59,448 nt of DNA, from the IMG/VR virus record IMGVR_UViG_3300032820_000008, positions 1-59,448 of that record; one strand, given 5' to 3'. Numbering within the stretch: position 1 is the stretch's first letter; each line of letters starts with the position of its first letter. Under the pieces are notes generated by a model. It ran no database searches and had not been told where the DNA came from. It worked only from the letters and a program-made list of their open reading frames with translations. This DNA comes from a virus. Lineage: Duplodnaviria; Caudoviricetes. A program made the position numbers and the translations under genes. Positions 11,001-21,500 of the stretch are shown here, one piece after another.

Positions 11001-12231
11001 TCAGAGGGCGTTGAGTACCCTTGCTGATCTCGGCGTAACGCCGGAAACCGCAAGCAAATGGGATAAATTTGAAGCCGCTGATTCCGCGTTTCGCTTAGGC
11101 CAATTGAAAAACCAACGACCGAAACGTAAATTTGGTCGGTTGGGTTTCCCATTCGGGCCTTTAACAGCGGTTACGCAAGGCGCTATTACTAGCCTTACTC
11201 CTACATCTGGTACACCTAGTATATCTGGTCCTGCCGCTCGTGTTCCCGGCTATGCTTTAGGTGGCAGCATTGGTGGCTCCGGTGGTGGACGGGGCGGGTT
11301 ACCTGCTAATACCATGTTTAGTGGCATGTTTGGTGGTCCCGGTGGTGCATTTAGTGGACCAACTACTCCTACTCCTCCTCCTAGTCAAGCGTATCAAGAT
11401 TTTCTCCGCCAACGCGATTATCCGAAAGAACAAATGGGCGCTACCACCCTTACTCCTACTCCTACACCTACTACTCCTACACCTCCTAGTTTTGTTGGTA
11501 GCGGATGGGGTGCATTAAATAATGTTATGCCTGCTCCTCCCCCTGCTCCTTTCCCTGTTCCTCCACCTACAGGTGGGTTTTCGGGGCCGAAAATACCGAG
11601 ATTACCACCGGGAGTAGCAGATGATTGGAGGGAAACAATGCCACCGAGAATACCGAGATTACCATCGGGAGTAGCAGATGATTGGAGGAGAACAGTGCTG
11701 CCGCCGACGGTAGATCCTGTGCAGGACATGGAAGCCTATGTAAGGCAGCAAAGGGAGATACCAAGGCTGGGCGGGAGAGCTGGTACACCGGAATTTGATA
11801 CGTTCATGCAGCAATTTACTCCCCCTGCTCCTCCTGTAGGGATGGGGTCATCTCAACTTACTTACCAACGTGAACCTTCATTGCCTCAGCAAATTACTGG
11901 TTCAGGACTTGCTCCTATTGGAAGTCCGCAGTGGGTACAACAGCAAATACGCGCTGGTGTGCTTCCGAGACCCCGTTATGCTTCAGGTGGCTTAACAACT
12001 GGCCGAGGTGATGGTATGAGCGATGAAATAATGACGACGATTGCAGGGCAGCAACAAGCGGCCTTATCTCCTGGTGAATTCGTTGTGCCAGCAGATGTAG
12101 TTTCAGGCATTGGTAACGGCGATACGAATTCCGGTGCTAAACGTCTGTATGCCATGATGGACAACATACGTGGCGCACGAACAGGTAAAACTAAACAACC
12201 CCAAAGAATTAACCCAAGGTTGCCAACATGA
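8068..12231 (+). CDS. Internal virion (ejection) protein with large low-complexity insertions, 1387 aa
   Basis: Ordered-looking ends (GRGTDSALVHM..LTINPETGLPE; GDGMSDEI..LSPGEFVVPADVVS) flanking Pro/Ala/Thr repeats. Confidence 0.65.
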   Translation: MDQRNLVAGIASLGRGTDSALVHMSPSEVQALQQLAEQHGGSLTINPETGLPEAGFLSNLLPLIAGLGLSVVSGGALSPLMTGMLMGGGAGIASGGDLRKMAKWGLGGYGGASLGAGLTAAGATPAATTAGTTGTAAGAFNPNAVPGLSSAVSTPAGGAPAFMGGTGTVTNLVGGAPVASLSGRAVTGGTFSAIPGAAAAPSFSLDQIGTNFGTAVEGVGKLGSPAGQAAFTGAVEAGGIPGLGVKTAALAGLGSMALEQPEPFEEVEVGGKKVGYPAYSPLDRQTTFDESVNLADSAERDYFSEPVYKPYDPSVDPYTPLYEPDPMATAAQGGIVSLRGGGPVLDPTMRAEARSPLFGQYTPTPAPVAAPRAAIIPAQRPIAGFDNGGSVGEQSYFTNISGQNTDPDEASTTNPYMSGFGLWSPHPLYPNLPTPGYRVSPGSSNTGTFSARTAADLGVNTSTTANTANTANTANTANTANTANTANTANTANTDSSEQNYFADRSLDTSGGGYPPGITTAADRTSYDAIVKAGSPEAQARAAAQRATWPAQLAASNAAMNPGTAVELGTNWQTRGPNTNPLNVLPANTMFSGYFNATPPPLTSAQYHANPAAVGNIGGKTPSQRQAEYYASTGGTPTGAPNAITPTGAPAGAPSAPGLTGAGGGIVSLQTGGSVGSAFSHGLPTNTMFSGMFGGPGGAYRGPTTPAAATTPAAATTPSFVGSGWGALNNVIPAATTPAAATPAAATIPAGFNLPIPGYLVGPGGAYRSPTTPAAATTPVAATTPVAATTPVAATTPAATTPAATTPAATTPVNYADDSVWNKMVSTASDDHARLTGGLNRTPAEVQATATQAAPIGSPQWVQAQFGETLANPQWQNEVQAAANVGRHASLTGDDRRYFGAYRVAPGALGLRTGNVPFGTEGWINPGYHPTRNASGYQRFDAKNQFGSGLERAIDAQAGAGIFDAYYARPEWRSHDQGQRALSTLADLGVTPETASKWDKFEAADSAFRLGQLKNQRPKRKFGRLGFPFGPLTAVTQGAITSLTPTSGTPSISGPAARVPGYALGGSIGGSGGGRGGLPANTMFSGMFGGPGGAFSGPTTPTPPPSQAYQDFLRQRDYPKEQMGATTLTPTPTPTTPTPPSFVGSGWGALNNVMPAPPPAPFPVPPPTGGFSGPKIPRLPPGVADDWRETMPPRIPRLPSGVADDWRRTVLPPTVDPVQDMEAYVRQQREIPRLGGRAGTPEFDTFMQQFTPPAPPVGMGSSQLTYQREPSLPQQITGSGLAPIGSPQWVQQQIRAGVLPRPRYASGGLTTGRGDGMSDEIMTTIAGQQQAALSPGEFVVPADVVSGIGNGDTNSGAKRLYAMMDNIRGARTGKTKQPQRINPRLPT
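9457..9549 (+). repeat. Perfect 9-bp tandem repeat (ACTGCTAAT)x10 encoding (TAN)10
   Basis: Read directly from the sequence. Confidence 0.95.
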
Positions 12232-12695
12232 GTGCGCTATCCAAACTCCCTCTCACTCCCTCCCTTCGGGAAGCCCCCTACGATGTTCCGGTTGTAGCAG
12301 ATATACGTAAAGAATGGGATTGGGTGAAGATTGGGATTGCTGAGATATTAACAGACCAACCTCAACTAACTTACAGAGCGGAAGATGTATACGCAGAGTG
12401 TGTAAATGGTGATGCGACCTTATTTATTTTAGAGAAGAATTTTGCAGTAACTACAATATATTTGGATAAATTCACAAATGACAAGGTATTTCTAGGGTGG
12501 TTAACCTGGGGGAAAAATATGCAAAACGCGCATAGGCTTGTAACCTTTTTTGAACAGGTTGCGCGTGATTGTGGGTGTGTTTACTTGGAAGGTAAGACCT
12601 CAATAGACCGACTAGGAGAATATTACTTAGAAAACGGCTGGGAATTAGAAACTAGAGTTTTCAGAAGAAAGCTTGACCAGGACGAGGAGAAGTAG
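12228..12695 (+). CDS. Putative GNAT-fold / tail-assembly protein between ejection genes
   Basis: 155 aa; 'FFEQVARDCGCVYLEG...YYLENGW' resembles a GNAT C-terminal half; syntenic with the T7 gp13 position. Confidence 0.4.
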   Translation: MSALSKLPLTPSLREAPYDVPVVADIRKEWDWVKIGIAEILTDQPQLTYRAEDVYAECVNGDATLFILEKNFAVTTIYLDKFTNDKVFLGWLTWGKNMQNAHRLVTFFEQVARDCGCVYLEGKTSIDRLGEYYLENGWELETRVFRRKLDQDEEK

Positions 12696-12697
12696 TT

Positions 12698-13699
12698 ATG
12701 GGCGGCAGTAGTCCTAAAACACCTACACATACAACGCAAACTGTTAAACAGAATGTTTTACCTGAATATCTTGCACCATATGTAACAGATGTTGCTGGGC
12801 AAGCTCAGGCCATATCGAGAGAAGACTATATACCCTATGGTGGGCAGCGTATTGCTGGATTTGATCCTGCTCAAGCTGCGGCACACCAACAAATGCTAGC
12901 GTTGCAAAGCCCAGGGGGAGCAACAAGCGATTTTGCTCTAGCAAGGCATAATCTAGGACAGGTGGGGCAGTACGGTTTGCAAGCTGCGGGTGGTGGAATT
13001 AATCGAGCGAACCAATATTTAGCTACACCATCAGAACAATTTGGCGCAGCACAAGCTGAGCAATATATGAATCCGTACCAACAGGCTGTTACTGATGTAG
13101 CTTTACGGAATGCTAGAGAAGGCGCACTTCAACGAGCAAATAGGGCTGCTTTAAGGTCGGCTGGGCGTGGGAGTGCTGGGGGATCACGACAAGCTGTGGC
13201 ACAAGCTATGGCTGATAGGGATGAAGGACGTTTATTATCCGATATACAAACAAAGGGAAGTGAAAGAGGTTATTTGTCAGCCCAACAACAGTTTGAACGG
13301 GATCGTGCAGCACAATATAGACAAGCCCAGCTAGGTTCTCAATTTGGAATGCAGGGATTACAAGCAGCAGGTCAAGCTGCACGGGGCTTCGCGGCATTGG
13401 GACCAGCAGAACAAGAAATGGAAATGCAGCGTATATCTGCGCAGGAACGAGTGGGTGGTATAAGACAAGCCCAGGAACAGCGAGGTATGGATTTAGCGTA
13501 TCAGGATTTCCTCCGGCAGCGTGATTATCCGAAAGAACAAATGGGTTGGTATAGCGGTATTTTACGCGGTTTACCCCAAGAGATGGGATCATCTCAACTT
13601 ACTTACCAACGTGAACCTTCATTGTCTCAGCAGATTACTGGTTTAGGACTTGCTGGTCTCGGCGGATATGGGGCGTATAAGGATCTCACGGAGGGATAG
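12698..13699 (+). CDS. DNA ejection / pilot protein
   Basis: Gln/Ala-rich helical; 'YMNPYQQAV', 'GGSRQAV'; hydrophobic Gly-rich C-terminus. Confidence 0.65.
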   Translation: MGGSSPKTPTHTTQTVKQNVLPEYLAPYVTDVAGQAQAISREDYIPYGGQRIAGFDPAQAAAHQQMLALQSPGGATSDFALARHNLGQVGQYGLQAAGGGINRANQYLATPSEQFGAAQAEQYMNPYQQAVTDVALRNAREGALQRANRAALRSAGRGSAGGSRQAVAQAMADRDEGRLLSDIQTKGSERGYLSAQQQFERDRAAQYRQAQLGSQFGMQGLQAAGQAARGFAALGPAEQEMEMQRISAQERVGGIRQAQEQRGMDLAYQDFLRQRDYPKEQMGWYSGILRGLPQEMGSSQLTYQREPSLSQQITGLGLAGLGGYGAYKDLTEG

Positions 13700-13704
13700 A
13701 AATT

Positions 13705-15558
13705 ATGATGAACCAACAAAGCATCAGTAATTCGCCTGATACAGCTCCTATGATGGAAAATGTTAATACTTTTAAAGAAAAATTAGAAGTATTGCCCCCT
13801 GATGTATTGGAAACATGGCTTCGTCATAACCAAAATCACCCGTTTGCTTTTATTGGATTAGGCGTAAAGGCTGAACAGGAAAAAATGAGAGCAGGTAGGC
13901 AGGCAGGACCAACACCCACGGTGTATGAAGAACAAGTAGGCAATAGGGGAATGACATCATTAGGTATGCCGGGAAACCCCGATGCTATGACCCCCCAAAT
14001 GGCAACGAGGATGGTAGAGGGGGTTAACACACCCCGAGATATGTCCCAAATAGCAGCGCGTCCCGGTACAGAAGGCGTAGCGGGATTACCAACTCCCTCC
14101 GACATGTATATGAACAATGGTGGGATAGTAGGTTTTGCGGCGGGAGACCTTGTAGGAGGAGACTTCGTAGAAGAAGACCCTGTAGGAGATCCAGCGGGGC
14201 CGTCATATTGGGATCAAGCTAAAAATTGGGCAGGTGAAACCTTTAGTCGAGAAGGTGATGCTTGGGATACCGTCGGAAATGTCGCTAACTTCTTAGTCCA
14301 ACCAGAATCATATAAGGATATGGCCTACCATTTCAAGCAAGATCCAGCGGGAATTGTTGGCAGAGGGATTGCTGGTGGGGCGCTTGCGGGCATCGGCGTT
14401 CCCACTGCTGGAGTTTTGGGCGCAGTTGGACTAGGAACTTTGAAGTATGGCGGGCGGTTCATCCCCGGAAGGCTGGCACGAGAAGTTTCGAAGATGAGTA
14501 AGAAAGACATAGCAAAGGCATGGTACGACCCTAAAAATAAATTAGGGATAAAATTGCGAAAAGCATTCAAGGGTAAGGGTTGGGCTACAACAAGACCAAA
14601 AGGCGTAGCCCCCGGCACCACTAATAAACTGACTGCGGATGCCATAACCAGCGCACTTGGGAGGCAGGCGCTGCCCAAAATAGCCGGTGCCGGTGCGGCT
14701 GCTGCTGCTTTGATGGGGGCTAGTGAAATTCAAGAAATATTAACTGACCCTAGATACTCAGATGAGCAAAAAGAACAAATACTAGCTAATGCAGAGAAAA
14801 CTAAAGCTGATGCTGCTGCTGCTGAAGCTGAAGCTGAAGCTGAAAGGTTAGCGGCTATTGAAGCTGAAAGGTTAGCGGCTATTGAAGCTGCTAAAGCTGC
14901 TGCCGCTCCTGCTGATGCTGCTGGTGATGCTGAAGACCCACCTAAAGCTATGAAAAAAGATCGCGAAATCTCCGCTCTTAATGAGGCTTATATAAGAGCG
15001 GGCGCTAAAATGATGCAGAGTAAAGCGTCTACATTTCTTGGTGCCGCAGGGGAGGCATTAGAGGTAGGATTGGGTACTTTAGGAGTGCGTAAGAAAGAAG
15101 CTAGGGAAGACGCAAAAGCAGCAAGCGAAATAGCTTTCAAAGAAGCAACGATACTCCAAGGCGCGGAAAGTAATAGGATAAAACTTGACTACAATGAGAA
15201 ACTTACACTAATAGCCGGTAACAAATTAGGCTTGAATCAGGATCAACTGCTAGACCATTGGACAACCTGGCAGAGTTCCCTAGAGGCACGGGCAATAGAG
15301 GCTAAAGTTATAGAGGACATACAGAATAAGCGGGGGTGGTGGGGTAACTTTTTTAGTTTCGACGTAACGAAGGATGACGCCGGCGTTGCGACAGCCATTC
15401 GATTACAACAGGGTATAGCGTTTCGGATGTGGCTAAATGCTGCTAGTCGCCATGGGATGCCTGCTGGTGTCGGCGGGCTGGCTAGTCTCGGGGCATCGCC
15501 GACGAGTGGGGGCGTACCACCAACGGGTAAGTATTCTTACGAACCCATCCCAGATTAA
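13705..15558 (+). CDS. Internal virion (ejection) protein
   Basis: Ala-rich helical protein with 'MNNGGIVGFAAG' motif; lies between ejection genes. Confidence 0.55.
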   Translation: MMNQQSISNSPDTAPMMENVNTFKEKLEVLPPDVLETWLRHNQNHPFAFIGLGVKAEQEKMRAGRQAGPTPTVYEEQVGNRGMTSLGMPGNPDAMTPQMATRMVEGVNTPRDMSQIAARPGTEGVAGLPTPSDMYMNNGGIVGFAAGDLVGGDFVEEDPVGDPAGPSYWDQAKNWAGETFSREGDAWDTVGNVANFLVQPESYKDMAYHFKQDPAGIVGRGIAGGALAGIGVPTAGVLGAVGLGTLKYGGRFIPGRLAREVSKMSKKDIAKAWYDPKNKLGIKLRKAFKGKGWATTRPKGVAPGTTNKLTADAITSALGRQALPKIAGAGAAAAALMGASEIQEILTDPRYSDEQKEQILANAEKTKADAAAAEAEAEAERLAAIEAERLAAIEAAKAAAAPADAAGDAEDPPKAMKKDREISALNEAYIRAGAKMMQSKASTFLGAAGEALEVGLGTLGVRKKEAREDAKAASEIAFKEATILQGAESNRIKLDYNEKLTLIAGNKLGLNQDQLLDHWTTWQSSLEARAIEAKVIEDIQNKRGWWGNFFSFDVTKDDAGVATAIRLQQGIAFRMWLNAASRHGMPAGVGGLASLGASPTSGGVPPTGKYSYEPIPD

Positions 15559-15561
15559 CAG

Positions 15562-18500
15562 ATGCCAAAATATAAGGTCACAGCCCCTACAGGACAGGCA
15601 TACACTGTTGATGCCCCAGAAGGTGCAACAGGACAGGACGCTATTGCGTATTTAAGCGCACAACTGGGTGGAGTTGGAGCTGGAGCTGGAGCAGCTATAT
15701 CGGACAGTGAAAGATATGAAAATATTCTAAAAAGAATTGAGCAAGAACGATATGCGGAGGGTAACGCACTTACCCAAGGTCTTAGTCGTGGCGTAGACAT
15801 TGCCCAAATGGGGTATGGGTCATTCCTTGAAGGAGTTGGAAAAGGTCTAGGGCTGGAAGGATTGGAGGAATACGGTGGAGAGGTAGTTGCGGAGCAAGAA
15901 GAAGAACTTGCTGCCAAAGCCCCTTATGCGACACGATTAAAAGATGTTAGAGAAGCAGAAGGAGTACTTGATACTGCTGGGGAATTAGCTTCTTTTACTG
16001 GTAGCGCATTAGGTGAATCTCTCCCTCAGATGGGGACTACGATTGGTGGTTCGCTGGCAGGTGCAGCAGCAGGCGCAAGAATGGGCGCAGTAGCTGGAAT
16101 CCCCGGTACAGTAATTGGTGGCATCGCAGGTGGGTTATTAGCAAATGTACCGTTTTTCTACGGTATGAACCGTGAAGCTCAGAAAGAAGCTGTCGCGGAC
16201 GGAACTAAAATCAAATTGAATGAAGGGGCTGCTTTTCTAGCGTCCATTCCGCAAGCTATTATGGATTTAGTCGCAGATCGCTTCCTATTTGGACTTGGCT
16301 CTAGGGCCGGGGTAAACGTTGAAAAACTTACCCGTCAGGGAGGGTTGTTTACTCGTGGGGTCAAGGGTGCTGCCCTTGGTGTAACAGCAGAAGTACCGAC
16401 TGAAGTAGGACAGCAGGTTATTGAACGCTTTCAGGCAGGTCGACCAATAGACAGCCCGGAAGCTATTGAGGAATATCTTGAAGTAGGTGCGGCGGCAGGT
16501 TTGGTTGGCAGTTCAATTCGCACGGTAACTAATATTGTCGGCGGAGATCCTGAAGCTAAAAGACTAGCAGATGAAGCGAAAGCCAAGAGTGCGCTTGGGT
16601 TAGATGGTGGAGCGGCAGCGGCAGCGGCAGCGCCAACGGGGGTAAGTTTAGCGGCAGACGAGGAAACAACTCGTTTAGCTACCATAAAGGCAGCAGAGGA
16701 AGAACTCAGGGTAGCTAAAGCTAGAGAAGATGCATTAAATAAGGTAATTAACGATTCCGAAGCTACGGCATCCGACCGACACGCTGCAAATCTTGAGCAA
16801 AAAGCTGCTGAAGCTGAAAGGGTAAAAGCTGAAACAACGTTAGCTGCTGCTGAAGACGCACAAGGATTTGCTCAGTTTATACAGCAAGAACCTGAGCTTC
16901 AAAATGTAGGACAGCAAAAACGAAGAGAGCTGTTTGACGAATATAAAACTGTAAATAAGGCCAGAGCAAGCTATGAATCAGGTGATAACACCCTACAGGA
17001 TTTGTATACCGGATTCGGCATAAAGATCGGAAAAAATATAGACGGAGAAATTAAGTTAGCCGATATCACCCCTGAGATGGCTACTACGATTGTTAATGAT
17101 TTTACAAAAAGAAGCGAAAAACTTGTAGAAAAAGGTGCGGAAAAAGACAGGGTATTGATACGCGAGCTTGAGCAGCTCGACAAAAGTGACTTGTTCCGAA
17201 CTATAAAAGACAAAGTTCCCGAAAGAGATAGAGTACCCCTATCTAAAAAAGATGATTCCATTACTGCTGAAATTGATAGAGTTGAAGCTAGAAGACTAAA
17301 AGAAGCTCAAAAGCGAAAAGCTGATACTGCGGCTGCACCAGCCGCTACTCCTGTTGTAGCTACTACCACCGAACAGCTTTCGCGGCTCGATAAAATTCCT
17401 GATTTTAAACCCACTGAGGCTTTTCTGCCTCCTTCATCCGAACAACGTCGGGAGGTAACAGAAGTATTATCTGGACGTTCTCTACAATTTTTCGAGGAAA
17501 TTGAAGATCGTATTGGAGGGGGGATAGCTCCAAGAACCATTTTTGCCGAAGCCCGTAAAAAACTTACGAAGAAAGAAGACGTCGCTGCGTTTGGAGTTGC
17601 TGAAAAAGCGATTAAAAAACTTTGGCCCGGAGCGCGTGGGACTGTTGCTCCTCCTGTAGTTACTACACCTGTTGTAGATAAGGCAAAAAAACAACTGACG
17701 CCTGAAGAATTCATGGCGCAACAAGATGCTGCTAAAGCTGCTGCTGATAAAGCTGCTGCTGATAAAGCTGCTGCTGATAAAGCTGCTGCTGATAAAGCTG
17801 CTGATGCGGCTGCTGAAACTGTAGTTACTAAACCTGTTGGTAGGACTAGAGATTACGAAGTAGTAGGGGATTCACCAGAGGCTATTGTTTTAAACAAAGA
17901 TATTGAGGAGGCTAGGAAGGCATGGTCTGAAGTAAAGGAAGCTGTTGACGCCTATATCTATGATCATGGCCCTGAACTGGAAAAAGCACGTTTTGCAGAA
18001 ATGGAGAAGGTAGCCCGAGGCGAAGCTACCACAGATACAGCTCTCGCAGACCTTATGGCTAAGGAGGAATCCGCACGCGACCGCATAAAAGAAGCCGAGA
18101 ATGCGTCAAATGAAGCGGCTAGAGCTAGACGAGCTGCTGCTGCGGGTACTGCTGCTCCTGAAGCTGCTGCTGCTGAGGCTGGAGCTATTCCTGAAAGCCT
18201 TGTTGTTCCTGCTGCGCTTAGACCACGTAAAGATGGTAAGGAGTCTGCATACGATGCAGTAACAAAAGGTGAAAACCCACTTACCTTGGAAGACCTAGAT
18301 AAGGAAACGCCCACGGGGGCAAATAAGAAATTTACAGGAACACAGCTTGTAAAGTTTTGGGGCAATAAAAAGAAGAGGGTAAAACAACTAGCAGATCGTG
18401 CGCCTGCCGTAGAAGAGGCAGCACAGTTAGCGGGTAAGAGAGTTGCTGCTGATACCAAAGCTGCTATATACGATGATCAAAAAATCGAAGAAATTACAAA

Positions 18501-21500
18501 CGGTCTCGTGTATAAGCGTTTTATTGAGAGGGTCACGAAGAGCAGACAAGCAGTAAATGCTAAAGGAAAAACTGACCTACAGAAGGGATTAGAGGCGGAT
18601 GCTTCCATTGTTGCTTCAAACGAGCTATCGGCAGCGGGATTAGACGAGGGAATAGGTACATCCGTAGAAGATGACGCTATAGATGCTGCGGGAAGGGCAG
18701 CGGCCCAAGATATAGCACGCGAAGGCGGTGAACCCGCTCTCACGGAAGAAGTGCTACAACAGAATTTTAAAGAATATGTTTACCGTACATTTGATCCTGA
18801 TCTTGCTGGTCTTGCTAACCGAGCATTCGTCGTAGGAGGCACGAGATCGGGCAAAGATACCCGCTTAACGGGTGAAGCTTTAGAGCAACTAACTAATGCC
18901 GCAGAAGCGTTTTATAACGAAGTCATTAAAATAGCCGAGGCGATGCTACCGGCGAAAGTTGCCTATTCAATTGCTCCCGAAACGGTAACTACGCCAACAA
19001 GCCCTGAAGTAATGAGCGCCATACTGTCCACGCGAATGGGGCAGAATATTAACGACACCGTTACGATTGCCAGAAACCCTCAAGAACTTGGCCTAACTCA
19101 ATTAGAACCTACTGCAAAAGGCGTTATTTTAGATAAACGGGTATACCTATTCACCGATAACATAGAAGCAGGTAATGAATTAGGTGTGTTTCTGCATGAA
19201 GTAGGCTCCCATGTGGGGATGAAAGATTATGTGGGAAAAGGTAACTACAATCGATTAATCAATACCATTAAGCGGTTTGCTAGTAAAACAGACGGAAGTT
19301 TTGAAAGTCGTCTTGCTAAACGAGCTATGGACAGGCTTAAATTAGCAGAAGATGTATTAGATAAAAACGTATTACCTAATGATGAACTACTAGCTTACTT
19401 TATTGAAGAAGCCGTCGATGCGGGAGTTGATCCTGTAGAAGCTGGGAAAGAGAAATCTCCGATAGGGAATATCTTTAGGTCAATAATGGCATTTTTTAAG
19501 GCGGGGTGGCGTAAGCTTTTTCGGTATCCCTACAACAACCCAACGGCACAAGAAGTGGTAGACATGGCGTATGGGGCTGCTGGCTTAGTAATCCGTAACC
19601 CAACGGCTATGCTAAGTAATATAGATAAGCAATTACTATATTCTATCGCTACTACTGCGGGTAATGAATTTGTAGAGACCCAATCTAAAATCAATGTAAA
19701 TACACAAGATCGTGATTTTCTTGCCACAATTAATGATATAGGTCTAACAGGGCTAGGAAAAACAACGTTAGAAAGGGCTACAAACTATAAAAAACATGTC
19801 TATAACTTTATGGGATTACTTCAACTTGCTGATCAGGTGTCTAAGAAATACCCGGAGCTTGCGGGAGTTATACGCAAAATTGAAGCTATTGTTAACACGC
19901 GGAAACAGATAATAGATGATAAACGTAGGGAAGTAGAAGATTTCTCTCTCCACCTAGATACGGTACTAAATAGTAAAGAGTACAAACCTTACAGAGAGGC
20001 TTTCGAGGATGTTGTTCACGACTCAACTATTGACGAAATAGACCTACGAAACAATACAGACCGAACCGATCCAAACAGAGTAGTTCGTAATACTGATTTA
20101 TATAAACGTTTTGCACAACTACCTGCCCCCCTGCAAGAGGTTTATATTCGGCTATCAAATAAATATGAAAATTTTGCCACAGAATATATAGCAACTTTAG
20201 AAAAGTTCCTAGGCGAAGCAGGTATAGCTGACGCGCATAAAAATATGCTTGATCTCTTAAAGGGACAGATAACTCCATATTTCCCGCTACTTAGGCATAA
20301 CGGAAATTATTGGCTAGACTTTAGAGTAACTAATCTAAGGGATGCGTCTGGTGCGCTCACTATGGACGACACCGGAGCAGCCTTTGTCAAACGTGTAACT
20401 CTATCGTATGAATCCCCCGAACAACGGCTTGCTGCGAAACAAATACTCGAAAAAGATCCTGATGTAATCAAAGGCAGCATACTTACTTATGCCCGTCCCA
20501 ACGATGCTTCAATAAGTAGTGAAGTACCTAATCCAGAGATAGAAAAACTTTTGGGCGCACTAACTGGGGATGCGGATTTACCGGCCTCAACTAAAAAATT
20601 AATAGTCGATAACTATCTTAATATGTTTCCTGATTCTTCTCTAAAGAAACAGTTTAAAAAACGTAAAAAGATAGCGGGGTTTAGAAAAGATTCAGTACGT
20701 AATTTTGCGCAGATAGGCCATCAGATGGCAAATCAGCTAGCTTCAATGCAGCAATCAAAAGAATTACGTGATGCTTATGCGGCGCTTGACGAAATTCAAA
20801 GAACATCTGCCGAACCCGAAGGCTACATAAGGAGCGACGATGATTCGGGGGCAACTAAAGCCGACCCTAACGTTGCCCAAATTATACAAAGCGTAAAAGA
20901 CAAAAGGGAGTTTTTAGAAAACCCGCAACCTAAGTCATGGGCTGCGACACTTTCATGGGGGAGCTATGTGTGGTACATCCTGGGCAATTTATCTTCCGCA
21001 TTTGTAAACCTATCACAGATAGCGATTGGATATTTTCATATGGTTGGGCGATATGGTTTGGTAGATACCCATAAAGCTTTTATGAACGCAATGAAAATGT
21101 ACATGAACGGGGGGCGGGATAACAATACTAAATTTGAAATACCGAAAGCACTTGGTTTCCTAACTGGTTTTAATACATCGCTTGCAGATAAAACTTTTGG
21201 GGCGAATAAAAATTTATCCCCTGAGTATAGAGCGTTGTACGACGCTGGACTCGCTCGCGGCGCTGTCCGAAGGACTACAGGTCAAGAATTAGTCGATATG
21301 CAAAAAGGCCGAACCGGAAAGCTTTCTCAGCGGGTTCACAAATACACTTATGCATTAAGTTGGTATTTCCAAAATACTGAGCGGGCCAACCGGGAAATTG
21401 CTTTGATTGCGGCTTACGATTTAGCTAGAAAAAAAGGAACGGCAGAAATAAGAGCGGGGAGTAGTGAGTACGGGGCCGAAAAGGGAGCTACAGATAAAAA

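Noticed and set aside
11387-13654. Diversity-generating retroelement template/variable repeat pair
   Set aside because: No reverse transcriptase in the genome, and the mismatches are not adenine-specific
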